Positions 29,145-38,449 of a stretch of DNA of 64,000 nt are shown piece by piece. Origin of the DNA: an uncultured Planctomycetales bacterium (GTDB taxonomy: Bacteria > Planctomycetota > UBA1135); the NCBI GenBank assembly GCA_964584805.1, contig CAZPAY010000007.1, forward strand, positions 8,117 to 72,116, read 5' to 3'. Position 1 is the stretch's first letter. Every line of letters starts with the position of its first letter. A program made the position numbers and the translations under genes. The notes under the pieces were generated by a model. It was not told the origin of the DNA, did not search any database, and saw only the letters and a program-made list of their open reading frames with translations.

Positions 29145-30482
29145 TCATTTTCCAAGGCAAAAGCCGGAAAACAGGCGGTCAAGTAGGTCTTCGGGGGTTA
29201 ACTCCCCAACCAGCGCACCGATTGCCGACAAGGAAGCCCTTAATTCTTCCGCGATAAGCTCCTGAGGGCCTTGGTTTTGCTCGAATTCACGAGCGCGTGC
29301 CAAAGCCACAGAGGCCGCGGCTAGAGCTTCTTGATGTCGCTCACCCACCGAAAGCAATGCTTGTCGGGTGCGACTCACGGATTGAAGTAGTTCAGCCGAA
29401 GCCGACTGAAGGTCATCGACCGACCAGACAACTTTGATGCCTGACGCTAATGAGGCAAAGACCTCATCGGGGATGGCTCGCGGCAAATCAGTTTTTGCGC
29501 AGTAGACCAATCGGGGAGCCAGAGTTGGAGGCAAGAGCACTTTGGCATCTGCATCAGCAGAATCGACCACACACCACCAAGCGTCCATTTCAGCGAAATC
29601 TTGCTCGGCACGCTTTCGCGCGGCTGCATCTCGCTCATCGACGGCTTCGCCACCGAGGCCGGGGAAATCACACAGTACCCACTCACCCCACGGCGACTCA
29701 AGGCGGTCGCGGGTCGTGCCCGCTTCATCCGTAATCAAGACATTAGCACCGGTCAGTTTTGCGAAAAGCGTCGACTTTCCGGCATTTGGAGTGCCAATCA
29801 GGCCAATGCGCCAAAGACCATCATGCCGCAAGCGTCGCTGCGTCTCTACGCGTTGACTTTGCGCAAGTGCGGCTTCGGCATCACAAAGCAGACCGTCAAT
29901 CTCAGCGGGTTGGACATCTTGAGAGTCACCCTCCTCGAAATCGAGTGCGGCCTCGACTTGAACCAAAGCACTTGTAAGTGCCTCACGCGCCGCCATCAAA
30001 CCCTCAGCCAATCCGCCCGCCAAAACCGACTGAGCCGCCCGTGCCTCATCTGCATTGCGTGAGCCAACCAAACCCAAAACGGCCTCAGCTTGGGTCAGGT
30101 CAAGCTGGCCATTTAAAAAGGCACGGCGCGTGAATTCTCCTGGCTCAGCGAGTCGCACCCCTTGAGTATGAAAATGCTCAAGGAGCAATTCCGTGATAGC
30201 AGGGCTGCCGGGGTAATGCAGCTCAAGTACATCTTCCCCCGTAGCAGAATGAGGTCCTGGGAAGACAAAAACGGCAACCGCTGCCTCGCAGGCTGGAGCA
30301 AATTCAAGCACGCCTTCACGCACCTCTCGTCTGTTTCGCGGTTGCGGGCATTGGGCCGGCAAAAACCCATCGGACTGAGCCAGTAAATCTGGGCCGCTCA
30401 ATCGCAAGACGGCCCGCTCGGCAACCCCCATCGGGGTCGCCGAAGCGATGATGCAATCGCGCCTACTTGCCCTTGGCGTCAT
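29145..30482 (-). CDS. mnmE: tRNA modification GTPase MnmE
   Basis: Motifs RLSGP, SATGEDVLELH, AEPGEFTRRAFLNG, GTPNAGKS, GTTRD, C-terminal FCLGK. Confidence 0.93.
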   Translation of the reverse strand: MTPRASRRDCIIASATPMGVAERAVLRLSGPDLLAQSDGFLPAQCPQPRNRREVREGVLEFAPACEAAVAVFVFPGPHSATGEDVLELHYPGSPAITELLLEHFHTQGVRLAEPGEFTRRAFLNGQLDLTQAEAVLGLVGSRNADEARAAQSVLAGGLAEGLMAAREALTSALVQVEAALDFEEGDSQDVQPAEIDGLLCDAEAALAQSQRVETQRRLRHDGLWRIGLIGTPNAGKSTLFAKLTGANVLITDEAGTTRDRLESPWGEWVLCDFPGLGGEAVDERDAAARKRAEQDFAEMDAWWCVVDSADADAKVLLPPTLAPRLVYCAKTDLPRAIPDEVFASLASGIKVVWSVDDLQSASAELLQSVSRTRQALLSVGERHQEALAAASVALARAREFEQNQGPQELIAEELRASLSAIGALVGELTPEDLLDRLFSGFCLGK

Positions 30483-32298
30483 CGGCCGTGGGGACAGGCC
30501 AGTGTTTTTTGATTACCTTCGACTCGAAGATACCCACGAGTGAGGAAGTAATCATGTAAAGCGACAAGCCAGCTGCGTAGTTGTAGAGCATCACACCGAA
30601 CAACACCGGCATGAAGGCCATCATTTTTTGCATCTGCGCCTGCTGTGGGTCGGTGGACTTAGGCATCGTTTTCTGATGCATCACCCACAACACAACCATC
30701 ACGATCGGCAACAAGTTAAAAGTCGTGATAGCACTAATGAGCGGGTAATCAGCAATCGGGCCACCAAAATCAATCATCGCATCGGGGCGGGACAAGTCTT
30801 GCACCCAACCCACAAACGGTTTTTGACGCAATAAGATGGAAGACCGCAAAGCTGCGAAAAGGCCAATAAACACAGGAAACTGCAGCAACATCGGCAAACA
30901 GCCACCAATCGGCGGAGACACCTTGTGCTCTTTGTAAAGCTTCATGGTCTCTTGTTGCTTACGCTGTGGGTCTTTACCGAACTTGGCGTTAATCGCATCA
31001 ATCCTTGGCTTAATCTTGGCCATCTTGGCTTGATAGCCAGCCATCTTGACTTGACTCGTACGGTTGATTGGAAACAACAAACTACGCACAAGCAGCGTCA
31101 TCAAGATAATCGCAAAGCCCCAGTTGCCTACGATACCTTGGAAGAATTCAACCAACCAAAGAATGAACGGAGCAATGAAACCCGTTCCAAACATGCGGTA
31201 GAAAAACGAGTTGTCAAAGTCAGCCATGCCTGGCAACTCAGCCATCTCGCCGAATTGACCCTCAGTCAAATAGGCTTTATCTTTCGGGCCAAGGTACCAC
31301 TGGAAATCACGAGTCGAGACCTCGTCAACACGCCCCATGCGCATCGAAAATGCACCTGCAACCGAAGTGCGCTGCCAGCTGTCAGAATTTTCAGCCCGCG
31401 CCACCACATGGCTTTCAGAAGTGCGCAGCTCTTCCAAGAAAAGCTCGTCATCGTGCAGAGTCTCTGCCGTAGCACCACGAAAATCATGATCTAGGGCGTG
31501 AATCGCACTCAAGAAATACTTAGACCCCTCAACAATGAAAGGGATATCGCCATTCCAGGAAGCGGCGCGCGACCGGGCATCAGGCAAACCACCCGAGGGA
31601 TGATAAATATCAAGTTTATCCAATTCACCGTGATCGCGAAGCGCAGCACCCGAATATGGGTTTGGGTAAAAAGGGTCGCGCTCGCGCATAATCGATCCGC
31701 CTGTGCTGAGTCGCAATGAAACCGTGTCGCCAGCCGCCTCTTGCGTTTGCGGGACGGCATCAATCGACGCCTCAATGTGATAATCACCGGGCGCCAAGCG
31801 CAATGTCTTCCGCAGGAGGTACCCCCCCTCAGTTGCTAATTCAAAAACAAGCTCTGAATCAGTCTGCGAGGTCAACTTCCACTCTTTACTCTCAATGGCC
31901 TCGCCAGAGGAATCGCGCAAAGAAAAAGCATCACGCGTGCGGTAATGAAAGTGACGCGCAGCGATGCCGTCGCCCGGGACTTTCCCTTGGACGCGCGCGG
32001 AATCCAAGAGGACAAGCCAATCTTCTTCCGGAATTGTCAACGCATCGTCAGGTCGGAAATCAGCATAACGCTTGAGCAAGACTTTGCCGCACGATGCGCC
32101 GGTCGCCGACCATGCGGAGCGCAGCAAATCGTTTTCGAGGACAACGGGGTAATCCGTTGGGGCGACCATAGAGAAGTCTTCCTTGGAAGCTTGCCCGATT
32201 GATTCGCCTGGTTTCGCCGAATCTGGCGAACAGGCCTTGAACATCAAAATGGCAATGACCGCCCAAAGGACGAAAGTAAGCAGGGAACGATTTTTCAT
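30463..32298 (-). CDS. yidC: Membrane protein insertase YidC
   Basis: Motifs NWGFAIILMTLLVR, GGCLPMLLQFP, WVQDLSRPD, DPQQAQMQKMM, AGLSLY. Start trimmed to MKNRS. Confidence 0.95.
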   Translation of the reverse strand: MKNRSLLTFVLWAVIAILMFKACSPDSAKPGESIGQASKEDFSMVAPTDYPVVLENDLLRSAWSATGASCGKVLLKRYADFRPDDALTIPEEDWLVLLDSARVQGKVPGDGIAARHFHYRTRDAFSLRDSSGEAIESKEWKLTSQTDSELVFELATEGGYLLRKTLRLAPGDYHIEASIDAVPQTQEAAGDTVSLRLSTGGSIMRERDPFYPNPYSGAALRDHGELDKLDIYHPSGGLPDARSRAASWNGDIPFIVEGSKYFLSAIHALDHDFRGATAETLHDDELFLEELRTSESHVVARAENSDSWQRTSVAGAFSMRMGRVDEVSTRDFQWYLGPKDKAYLTEGQFGEMAELPGMADFDNSFFYRMFGTGFIAPFILWLVEFFQGIVGNWGFAIILMTLLVRSLLFPINRTSQVKMAGYQAKMAKIKPRIDAINAKFGKDPQRKQQETMKLYKEHKVSPPIGGCLPMLLQFPVFIGLFAALRSSILLRQKPFVGWVQDLSRPDAMIDFGGPIADYPLISAITTFNLLPIVMVVLWVMHQKTMPKSTDPQQAQMQKMMAFMPVLFGVMLYNYAAGLSLYMITSSLVGIFESKVIKKHWPVPTADDAKGK

Positions 32299-32315
32299 GA
32301 AATCTTGGTGACGCT

Positions 32316-33086
32316 TTATCGACCGACGAAGAGTCGTTGCGCGAGCGATTCTGGAAGGCCAGCCGCAAGAATGCGCCGAGCCGCGGCCTCGAAGTCGTAA
32401 GCGACACGCCGCCAACGCACGGTTTCGCCATCAAACAGGGCGTAACAAGCTCGCGCATCACGGTCGCGCGGTTGCCCCACACTGCCAACATTAACGAGGT
32501 ATTGACGGTCTGGCTCTAAAGTGATTTTCGCTTCAGCGTGATTTGCAAAATCAGGTTTTGCAAAGGGTCTTGATTCTTGAAAAAGACCGGGGTGATGCGT
32601 GTGACCATAAAAAGTCACGCGCTCAGTCGCGGCCTCAAAATTAGCCAACAAGCGCTCGTTACTCGGCGGCATGTTAGGCAGCAAATATTCAGCAAGCGGC
32701 TCGCGGGGAGATGCATGCACCATCTGAAAGCGAATTGAGCCCTTTTCATAGACTGCCTCTGGCCGCAACTCACCCATCCAGTCCCAGAAAGCGTGATTCG
32801 CTTCAAGTTCGGGGTCGAGGGCGCGACGAGTCCAATCAACGGCCAACAGGGCGCGCTCATGAAAGCCATAAGCCTGGCGATCGTCGAGCACAGCGGCATC
32901 ATGGTTGCCAAGCAAAGTCAACTCGCAACGCTCCATCACCTTGCGCATGACATCTGCGGGCGATGCGCCATAGCCAACCACATCACCAAGACAAACCACG
33001 GCATCCACACTCTGGGTGTCGATGTCGCGGAAGACGGCGTCCACTGCCTCGAAATTGGCGTGGAGATCAGAAACGATAGCAATCAT
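32316..33086 (-). CDS. Calcineurin-like metallophosphoesterase
   Basis: Motifs SDLHAN, LGDVVGYG, GNHD, GHTH, NVGSVGQPRD. Confidence 0.92.
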   Translation of the reverse strand: MIAIVSDLHANFEAVDAVFRDIDTQSVDAVVCLGDVVGYGASPADVMRKVMERCELTLLGNHDAAVLDDRQAYGFHERALLAVDWTRRALDPELEANHAFWDWMGELRPEAVYEKGSIRFQMVHASPREPLAEYLLPNMPPSNERLLANFEAATERVTFYGHTHHPGLFQESRPFAKPDFANHAEAKITLEPDRQYLVNVGSVGQPRDRDARACYALFDGETVRWRRVAYDFEAAARRILAAGLPESLAQRLFVGR

Positions 33087-33160
33087 GAGTCAAGACGCTT
33101 GCGCGCGTCTGGCAAGCGGGATATTGTCCTCATCCGCGCCCTCTTCCGCAAGTCACAACC

Positions 33161-34099
33161 ATGCTAAGTCTCCTCATTCCTTTGTTTTTGGCCTTTCCGC
33201 CTGCCCAAGAAGCGGCACAATCCCTGCCCGATGGCGTTTTGGCGCGTGTCGGCGGCGTCGACCTCACTCTCGAGGCCTATAAAGATTTCCTCTGGAGACG
33301 ATTCGGCACGCGAGGTTTGCGCGAGTTTATTGGTGAGCGATTGGTTGCTCATGCCGCGCTAGAGCACGGGGTCATCGTCGCACCAGAGGCCATCCAAGCT
33401 AAAGTTGATGAACGGGTGGCTGCTCAAATGGGCGAGCGCACGCTAAAAGAGTTTCGCGAGGAAATGACCCAACAAGGCGCAAATCTGGACGAGTATCGCC
33501 AGCAACTCCATGCGGAAATGGAACAGACTTTGCTGCTCGACAGCTTGGTTATGGCGACCCGTAAAGCGACGGATGAAAAGCTTCAACGCGCTTTCGAAGT
33601 CGAATACGGCTTAGATGGAGTACAAGTAAAAATTCGGCATATGGCTTTCATGCCAAACATGCTCAGGATGCAGGCCGTCCGTGCGGGAACTCTTGCAAAA
33701 GACATCAACATGACCGCGATCAAGCAACAGGCAAAGGCGCTTGCACAAGATGCCCTCGCGCGCCTTCAGGCCGGAGATGGTTTTGCTGAACTTGCCATCG
33801 AGTTGTCCCACGATCGCACTTCGCGCGAAAGTGGCGGTGAGCTCCCCCACTGGAATGGCCGCATGTATGGCCCCGCCTTTGCAGACGCCGTCGCCGCATT
33901 GAAAGTCGGGCAGCATTCTGCTTTAATCGAAACAACGATTGGCTTCCATATTATTCAACTTGATGAGCGCGTTGTGACAGATTTCGACAGCGTCCGGGGC
34001 GCCCTCACTCTTGCCGTTTCAAACGCGCCCGTGTCTCAGCAAGAGCGCAGGGACTACTTAGAGTCGCTACACAGAGCGGCCAACATCCAGCGGGAATAA
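33161..34099 (+). CDS. Exported parvulin-type peptidyl-prolyl isomerase / foldase (PrsA/SurA-like)
   Basis: Signal peptide; F.ELAIELSHD..S...GGEL, F..AV..L..G..S..IET..GFHII. Confidence 0.85.
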   Translation: MLSLLIPLFLAFPPAQEAAQSLPDGVLARVGGVDLTLEAYKDFLWRRFGTRGLREFIGERLVAHAALEHGVIVAPEAIQAKVDERVAAQMGERTLKEFREEMTQQGANLDEYRQQLHAEMEQTLLLDSLVMATRKATDEKLQRAFEVEYGLDGVQVKIRHMAFMPNMLRMQAVRAGTLAKDINMTAIKQQAKALAQDALARLQAGDGFAELAIELSHDRTSRESGGELPHWNGRMYGPAFADAVAALKVGQHSALIETTIGFHIIQLDERVVTDFDSVRGALTLAVSNAPVSQQERRDYLESLHRAANIQRE

Positions 34100-34117
34100 A
34101 CGAGCAAACTCGACGAA

Positions 34118-34732
34118 CTAGGTCGGCAAATATAGTTGGCGAGCATATATCGCCTCGGCCACTGCGGCAGGCACAAAGCCCTCAATTGATAAGCCTTGCT
34201 GTAAGCGCTGGCGGATCTCCGTCGACGAAATTGCGACTTCTGACATATCGAGCATTTGCGCCTGAAATAGCCTTTTCAAGGGCATTTCGAGGGTGTTTGA
34301 GAAATCGTCCAAAGTCGCCGCTCCAAAACCGGGGCGGGGAACAAACGCAAAATCGGCCAATGCAAACAACTGCGGTAGGCGACTCCAACTCGCAAGATGC
34401 AATAGCGAATCGGCACCCAAGAGCAAAGTTTTGCGAGCCTTGCCAAGCTCAGCGTGAAGCGCCTTCAAAGTGTCGACCATGAACGACGGCCCTGGCCGAT
34501 CCACTTCAAGCCGACTCAGTTGTTCCCCTTGCCGGCCGCTTATGACCAACTCAAGCAAATGCGCCCGGTCTTCAGAACGAGTCGGCTTTTCCTTAAGTTT
34601 GTGCGGTGCATGCCCAGCAGGCACCCAAAGGATCAATGCTTCAGGAAAGGCCGTGCGAGCTGCGGAGGCCATTGCAATGTGGCCGAGATGGACGGGATCA
34701 AAAGACCCTCCCAATACGACGACATGATGCAT
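34118..34732 (-). CDS. nadD: Nicotinate-nucleotide adenylyltransferase
   Basis: Motifs GGSFDPVHLGH, PHK, LGADS, ISSTEIR. Confidence 0.93.
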   Translation of the reverse strand: MHHVVVLGGSFDPVHLGHIAMASAARTAFPEALILWVPAGHAPHKLKEKPTRSEDRAHLLELVISGRQGEQLSRLEVDRPGPSFMVDTLKALHAELGKARKTLLLGADSLLHLASWSRLPQLFALADFAFVPRPGFGAATLDDFSNTLEMPLKRLFQAQMLDMSEVAISSTEIRQRLQQGLSIEGFVPAAVAEAIYARQLYLPT

Positions 34733-34738
34733 TTGCCC

Positions 34739-36064
34739 TTACGCCCCACTCCTCGAGAGGAGATGAGCAGCCACTTCAAGAAGCGCGACGGGCTTCTCTT
34801 CTCGTGTTTGCATATCACGCACGACGACCTGCCCTGCAGCACGCTCATCAGGGCCCACGACCAAGACAAAACGAGCGCCCAATTTATTCGCCTCTTTAAA
34901 CTGTGCTTTAGCGGACTTCTCTCTGTGATCGCAAACCACGCCTGCCGTCATCGCACCCCGTAATCGACCTGCAAGTGACAGTGCATAAGGACGGTCTTCT
35001 GGCGTAATCGCCACGCAATAGGCGATAGGCGTGGCTTCGGCTGAGATGGCCCGGACAGCGTCAGATTCATGGAGGCCCAATTCAATCATCGCTAACTCAG
35101 TCGCAGTAAAACCAATCGCAAAACCAACGGCAGGTGTATGAGCGCCACCGAATTCTTCAACTAGGCCGTCGTAGCGACCACCGCCGCATAGAGCGGAACG
35201 AGCACCAAGAGGTGGATAGTGCACCTCAAAAACCGTGCGCGTGTAGTAATCCAAACCGCGAACGATGCTGGGGTCAACCACAGGCTCACGCCCTAATGCG
35301 CGCAAAGCTTCCAGGAAATGGTCTTGGTGGGATTGTGCCTCATCTGCCAAGACCTCTGTTAAAGCCGGTGCGCCAACATTGTCGGCTTGGCAATCTTTGT
35401 TTTTGCAGTCAAGCAAACGAAAGACATTGCGCTCGAAGCGATCTTGACAGTCGGCACAACGAGCCGCGACTCGTGGGGCAAAAAATTCTCGCAGGGCATC
35501 GCACCAGCGTTCGCGATCAGAGGGGTCACCCATGGTGTTGACGCGCACCTCCAACTCATCACCAAAGCCCACCTCCTCGAAAAAACGCATACACAAATCG
35601 ATGACCTCAGCATCGAGCGTGGGGCTTGCGGCTCCGAAAGCCTCTATGCCAAACTGAGTAAATTGGCGCTCGCGACCTTTCTGTGGGCGCTCGTAGCGGA
35701 ACATCGACCCTACATAGAACCACTTTTGCAAGGGAGCACGCTGAGCGAAGCCGCCATTAACATAGGCTCGGGCTACCCCAGCTGTACCCTCGGGGCGAAA
35801 AGTGTAGCCCGATTTGGCAGAGTTCGTTTCGTCAGGATTACCGCGCCGTGGCACCGTAAACATCTCTTTCGAAACGACATCTGAAGTCTCGCCCAAAGAG
35901 CGCGAAAAAAGGTGGGTTTCCTCGAATAATGGCGGCCGAATCTCGGAATAACCGAACGCACGCGCCAAATGAGCAGCTGTCCGTTCGAGATGGCGGATGA
36001 CCGCCAGATTCTCAGGGTACAGGTCGCGCGTGCCGCGGGGAGCTTGGTAGGAGTTGGATGCCAT
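34739..36064 (-). CDS. hisS: Histidine--tRNA ligase
   Basis: Motifs PRGTRD, RPEGTA, FRYERPQKGR.RQF.Q, RGLDYY, GGGRYD. Start trimmed to MASNSY. Confidence 0.96.
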   Translation of the reverse strand: MASNSYQAPRGTRDLYPENLAVIRHLERTAAHLARAFGYSEIRPPLFEETHLFSRSLGETSDVVSKEMFTVPRRGNPDETNSAKSGYTFRPEGTAGVARAYVNGGFAQRAPLQKWFYVGSMFRYERPQKGRERQFTQFGIEAFGAASPTLDAEVIDLCMRFFEEVGFGDELEVRVNTMGDPSDRERWCDALREFFAPRVAARCADCQDRFERNVFRLLDCKNKDCQADNVGAPALTEVLADEAQSHQDHFLEALRALGREPVVDPSIVRGLDYYTRTVFEVHYPPLGARSALCGGGRYDGLVEEFGGAHTPAVGFAIGFTATELAMIELGLHESDAVRAISAEATPIAYCVAITPEDRPYALSLAGRLRGAMTAGVVCDHREKSAKAQFKEANKLGARFVLVVGPDERAAGQVVVRDMQTREEKPVALLEVAAHLLSRSGA

Positions 36065-36166
36065 ACAATGCCAAATGATAGCCGCGCTCAAACATTGACG
36101 CGCTTCCTCCGTCGCCTTAACCTTTGCTACTCGGCGTATCTCCCACGCCCCCATCAAACCCAAACG

Positions 36167-36454
36167 ATGAAATCTCTCCGCGTCCTCGCCCTCCTGGCTG
36201 TTGCCACTCTTTTCCTGAGCCTTGGCTCATGCGCAAGTTCCGACTTCAGCACTGACCTTGACCAAAAAGGCCAGATTCTCGGTCGTGACATGACTTCAGC
36301 CATGAATGACTTCCGTAAGCACTTCCTTAACGATGATGTTAAAGACCCTTACCGTAGCCAAGATTGGAGCGATTTCCAAGATGTCGGTCATGCCTCATCG
36401 ATGGCTGCTCAGTTGTTCTTCAACCACCGCGCGAACGATCCAACACTTCGTTAA
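36167..36454 (+). CDS. Small hypothetical lipoprotein
   Basis: MKSLRVLALLAVATLFLSLGSC signal with lipobox; followed by a strong terminator. Confidence 0.75.
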   Translation: MKSLRVLALLAVATLFLSLGSCASSDFSTDLDQKGQILGRDMTSAMNDFRKHFLNDDVKDPYRSQDWSDFQDVGHASSMAAQLFFNHRANDPTLR

Positions 36455-36468
36455 AGCAATTGGCTTCT

Positions 36469-36506
36469 AAAACACCCCACGCTTTTGCGTGGGGTGTTTT
36501 CTTTTT
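36469..36506 (+). terminator. Rho-independent terminator
   Basis: aaaacaccccacgc-tttt-gcgtggggtgtttt forms a perfect 14-bp stem, followed by cttttt. Confidence 0.85.
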
Positions 36507-36530
36507 CTCCTTCTAGACCTGAACAAACTC

Positions 36531-37256
36531 ATGCGTTTCATACTCCTGCCTCTCATCCTCCTCCTTTGTGCCTCGTCCTGTGCCACGACTCGTGACCATG
36601 CACCAGAAGCCCACGAACAAGTGGCAGTCGTTACTAGCACTTCAGATTCTCCGGCTGACTCCTCTTCGCTTGACACCGAGGCCGGCCCACTGACTTCTTG
36701 GAATGATGACGACCACGCCGTGGCCATTTTTGATCTTGCCCAGGCCAAAGCCCAGGCTGCCATAGATGATGCCGAGGCCGCCTTTTTTCTTGAGCAATCC
36801 GAATTCGATTTAATCAGGGCGCAAGAGGCTTACAAAGATTTCATTCAATTCAGCCAGCCCGAGCAAATCCGTGCCTCAATAAACGGCCTTGAAGGCTCCC
36901 GCAACGCGCTTCAAGCCACAGAGGAAGAGTTGGCGCAGCTCATGATGCTTTACGGTGAAGACGAGCTTGCTGACCAAACCGCTGAGATCGTATTGAATCG
37001 CGCACGCCGCGGCTTGGAACAGCAAAAAATTTGGTTTGATTTAGAAGTACAAGAGCACAAGCACTTTCTGGAAGTCACGCTACCTAACGAGCGCATTGAA
37101 TTTGAACGCGCGGTAAAGGGCGCACTTCATGAATTGGAGATGACGAAAATGCGTAATGCTCTAGAGAAGAAAGAGCGTGATAATTCACTGCAAGGGCACC
37201 TCAATCATCTTGCTGAAATTGAGGAAGAATTGCGATCAACGGCGCCGACCTCGTAA
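36531..37256 (+). CDS. Hypothetical coiled-coil lipoprotein (HlyD-type helical hairpin-like)
   Basis: Lipobox ASSC; helical heptads; EEELAQL..LY.ED.L..QT.EIVL.RARR segment. Confidence 0.65.
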   Translation: MRFILLPLILLLCASSCATTRDHAPEAHEQVAVVTSTSDSPADSSSLDTEAGPLTSWNDDDHAVAIFDLAQAKAQAAIDDAEAAFFLEQSEFDLIRAQEAYKDFIQFSQPEQIRASINGLEGSRNALQATEEELAQLMMLYGEDELADQTAEIVLNRARRGLEQQKIWFDLEVQEHKHFLEVTLPNERIEFERAVKGALHELEMTKMRNALEKKERDNSLQGHLNHLAEIEEELRSTAPTS

Positions 37257-37267
37257 TCGAGTTCTAC

Positions 37268-38434
37268 ATGCGAATCATCCTTACGCTGACGGTTTTTCTA
37301 CTTAGCGCGCCTCTTCCGCAAGCTGCCCAAAGTAGCCTTCCGCAAAATTTGCCCACTATTGAGCAAGCTCAGGCAGGGCTCGATGCAGGCTTGTCTTGGT
37401 TGCTTGAACACCAAGAGCCCAATGGTGCATGGGGTCATTGGCGCAACCCCGAGGCTAACTCTTGGACTAACCCAGCGACACAGATGTCATGGCAAGTGGC
37501 GACGACTGCGATTGGCGCCGTCACCTTGATGCAGACCTATCGCGGTGAGCCAGACAGGATTGCGCTTGATCGAGCGATGAATTATTTGTTCAAGCATGCG
37601 CATGTCAAACGCCCTGAGCTCTGGGATGCGGACAACACTTGGGCTTATGTCTATGCGCTTGATGCTTTCACACAAGCCGCACAGCACTCTCATTTCAAAA
37701 CAAACTCAAAGGCTGCAACACTTGCCAAGATTGAAAAGTCCGGTAAAGAAATGCTTCGCCTGCTATGGGATTATCAGTCTCCGCAAGGGGGCTGGGCTTA
37801 CTATGCTGACGAGGCCTTGACTGCGCGCCCTTGGTGGGCCACATCTTTCCAAACGGCGATTGCCATCATGGGCATCCTGAGAGCCAAAGAATGCGGCTGG
37901 TCGATTGAGGAGAAACGCCTTAAAAGGGCGATTCAAGCAGTCCTTAGGTGCCGGCTGCCTAATGGCGCTTATTCCTACAGCATTGAAAATTTCCCCTCAC
38001 CTGGTGGTGGCACCAACATTAATCAGGTCAAGGGTTCGCTTTCTAGGATTCAAGTTTGCAATCTTGCGCTGTATCGTGCTGAGCAGGCAGGCTACGAGAC
38101 GGGCATTGGCTTCAAAGAGATGCGGAAAGGTCTCGCCGAATTTTGGGGTGAGCACCGTTTTCTTGACATCGCAAATCGCAAGCCGATTCCGCACGAAGCC
38201 TATTACTACAACTCTGGCTACTTCTACTTTTTCGGGCACTACTACGCGGCGCAAGTGATTGAGAGTTTGCCGACTGCTGAGCGCGCCCCTCACCGAAAAA
38301 AACTGTGGCATCATGTTTTAAAAACCCAAGCCAAAGATGGCTCATGTTGGGATTACAAAATGAATGAATACGGCAAGCCCTATGGAGTTGGCTTTATGAC
38401 CTATGCACTATCGGTTGGCTTAACGCAAAGCTAG
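37268..38434 (+). CDS. Exported prenyltransferase/squalene-oxidase repeat (alpha/alpha barrel) protein
   Basis: QW-like repeats: WLLEHQEPNGAWG, YQSPQGGWAY, CRLPNGAYSY, TQAKDGSCW. Confidence 0.78.
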   Translation: MRIILTLTVFLLSAPLPQAAQSSLPQNLPTIEQAQAGLDAGLSWLLEHQEPNGAWGHWRNPEANSWTNPATQMSWQVATTAIGAVTLMQTYRGEPDRIALDRAMNYLFKHAHVKRPELWDADNTWAYVYALDAFTQAAQHSHFKTNSKAATLAKIEKSGKEMLRLLWDYQSPQGGWAYYADEALTARPWWATSFQTAIAIMGILRAKECGWSIEEKRLKRAIQAVLRCRLPNGAYSYSIENFPSPGGGTNINQVKGSLSRIQVCNLALYRAEQAGYETGIGFKEMRKGLAEFWGEHRFLDIANRKPIPHEAYYYNSGYFYFFGHYYAAQVIESLPTAERAPHRKKLWHHVLKTQAKDGSCWDYKMNEYGKPYGVGFMTYALSVGLTQS

Positions 38435-38449
38435 CCAAGGTTTTTTACT

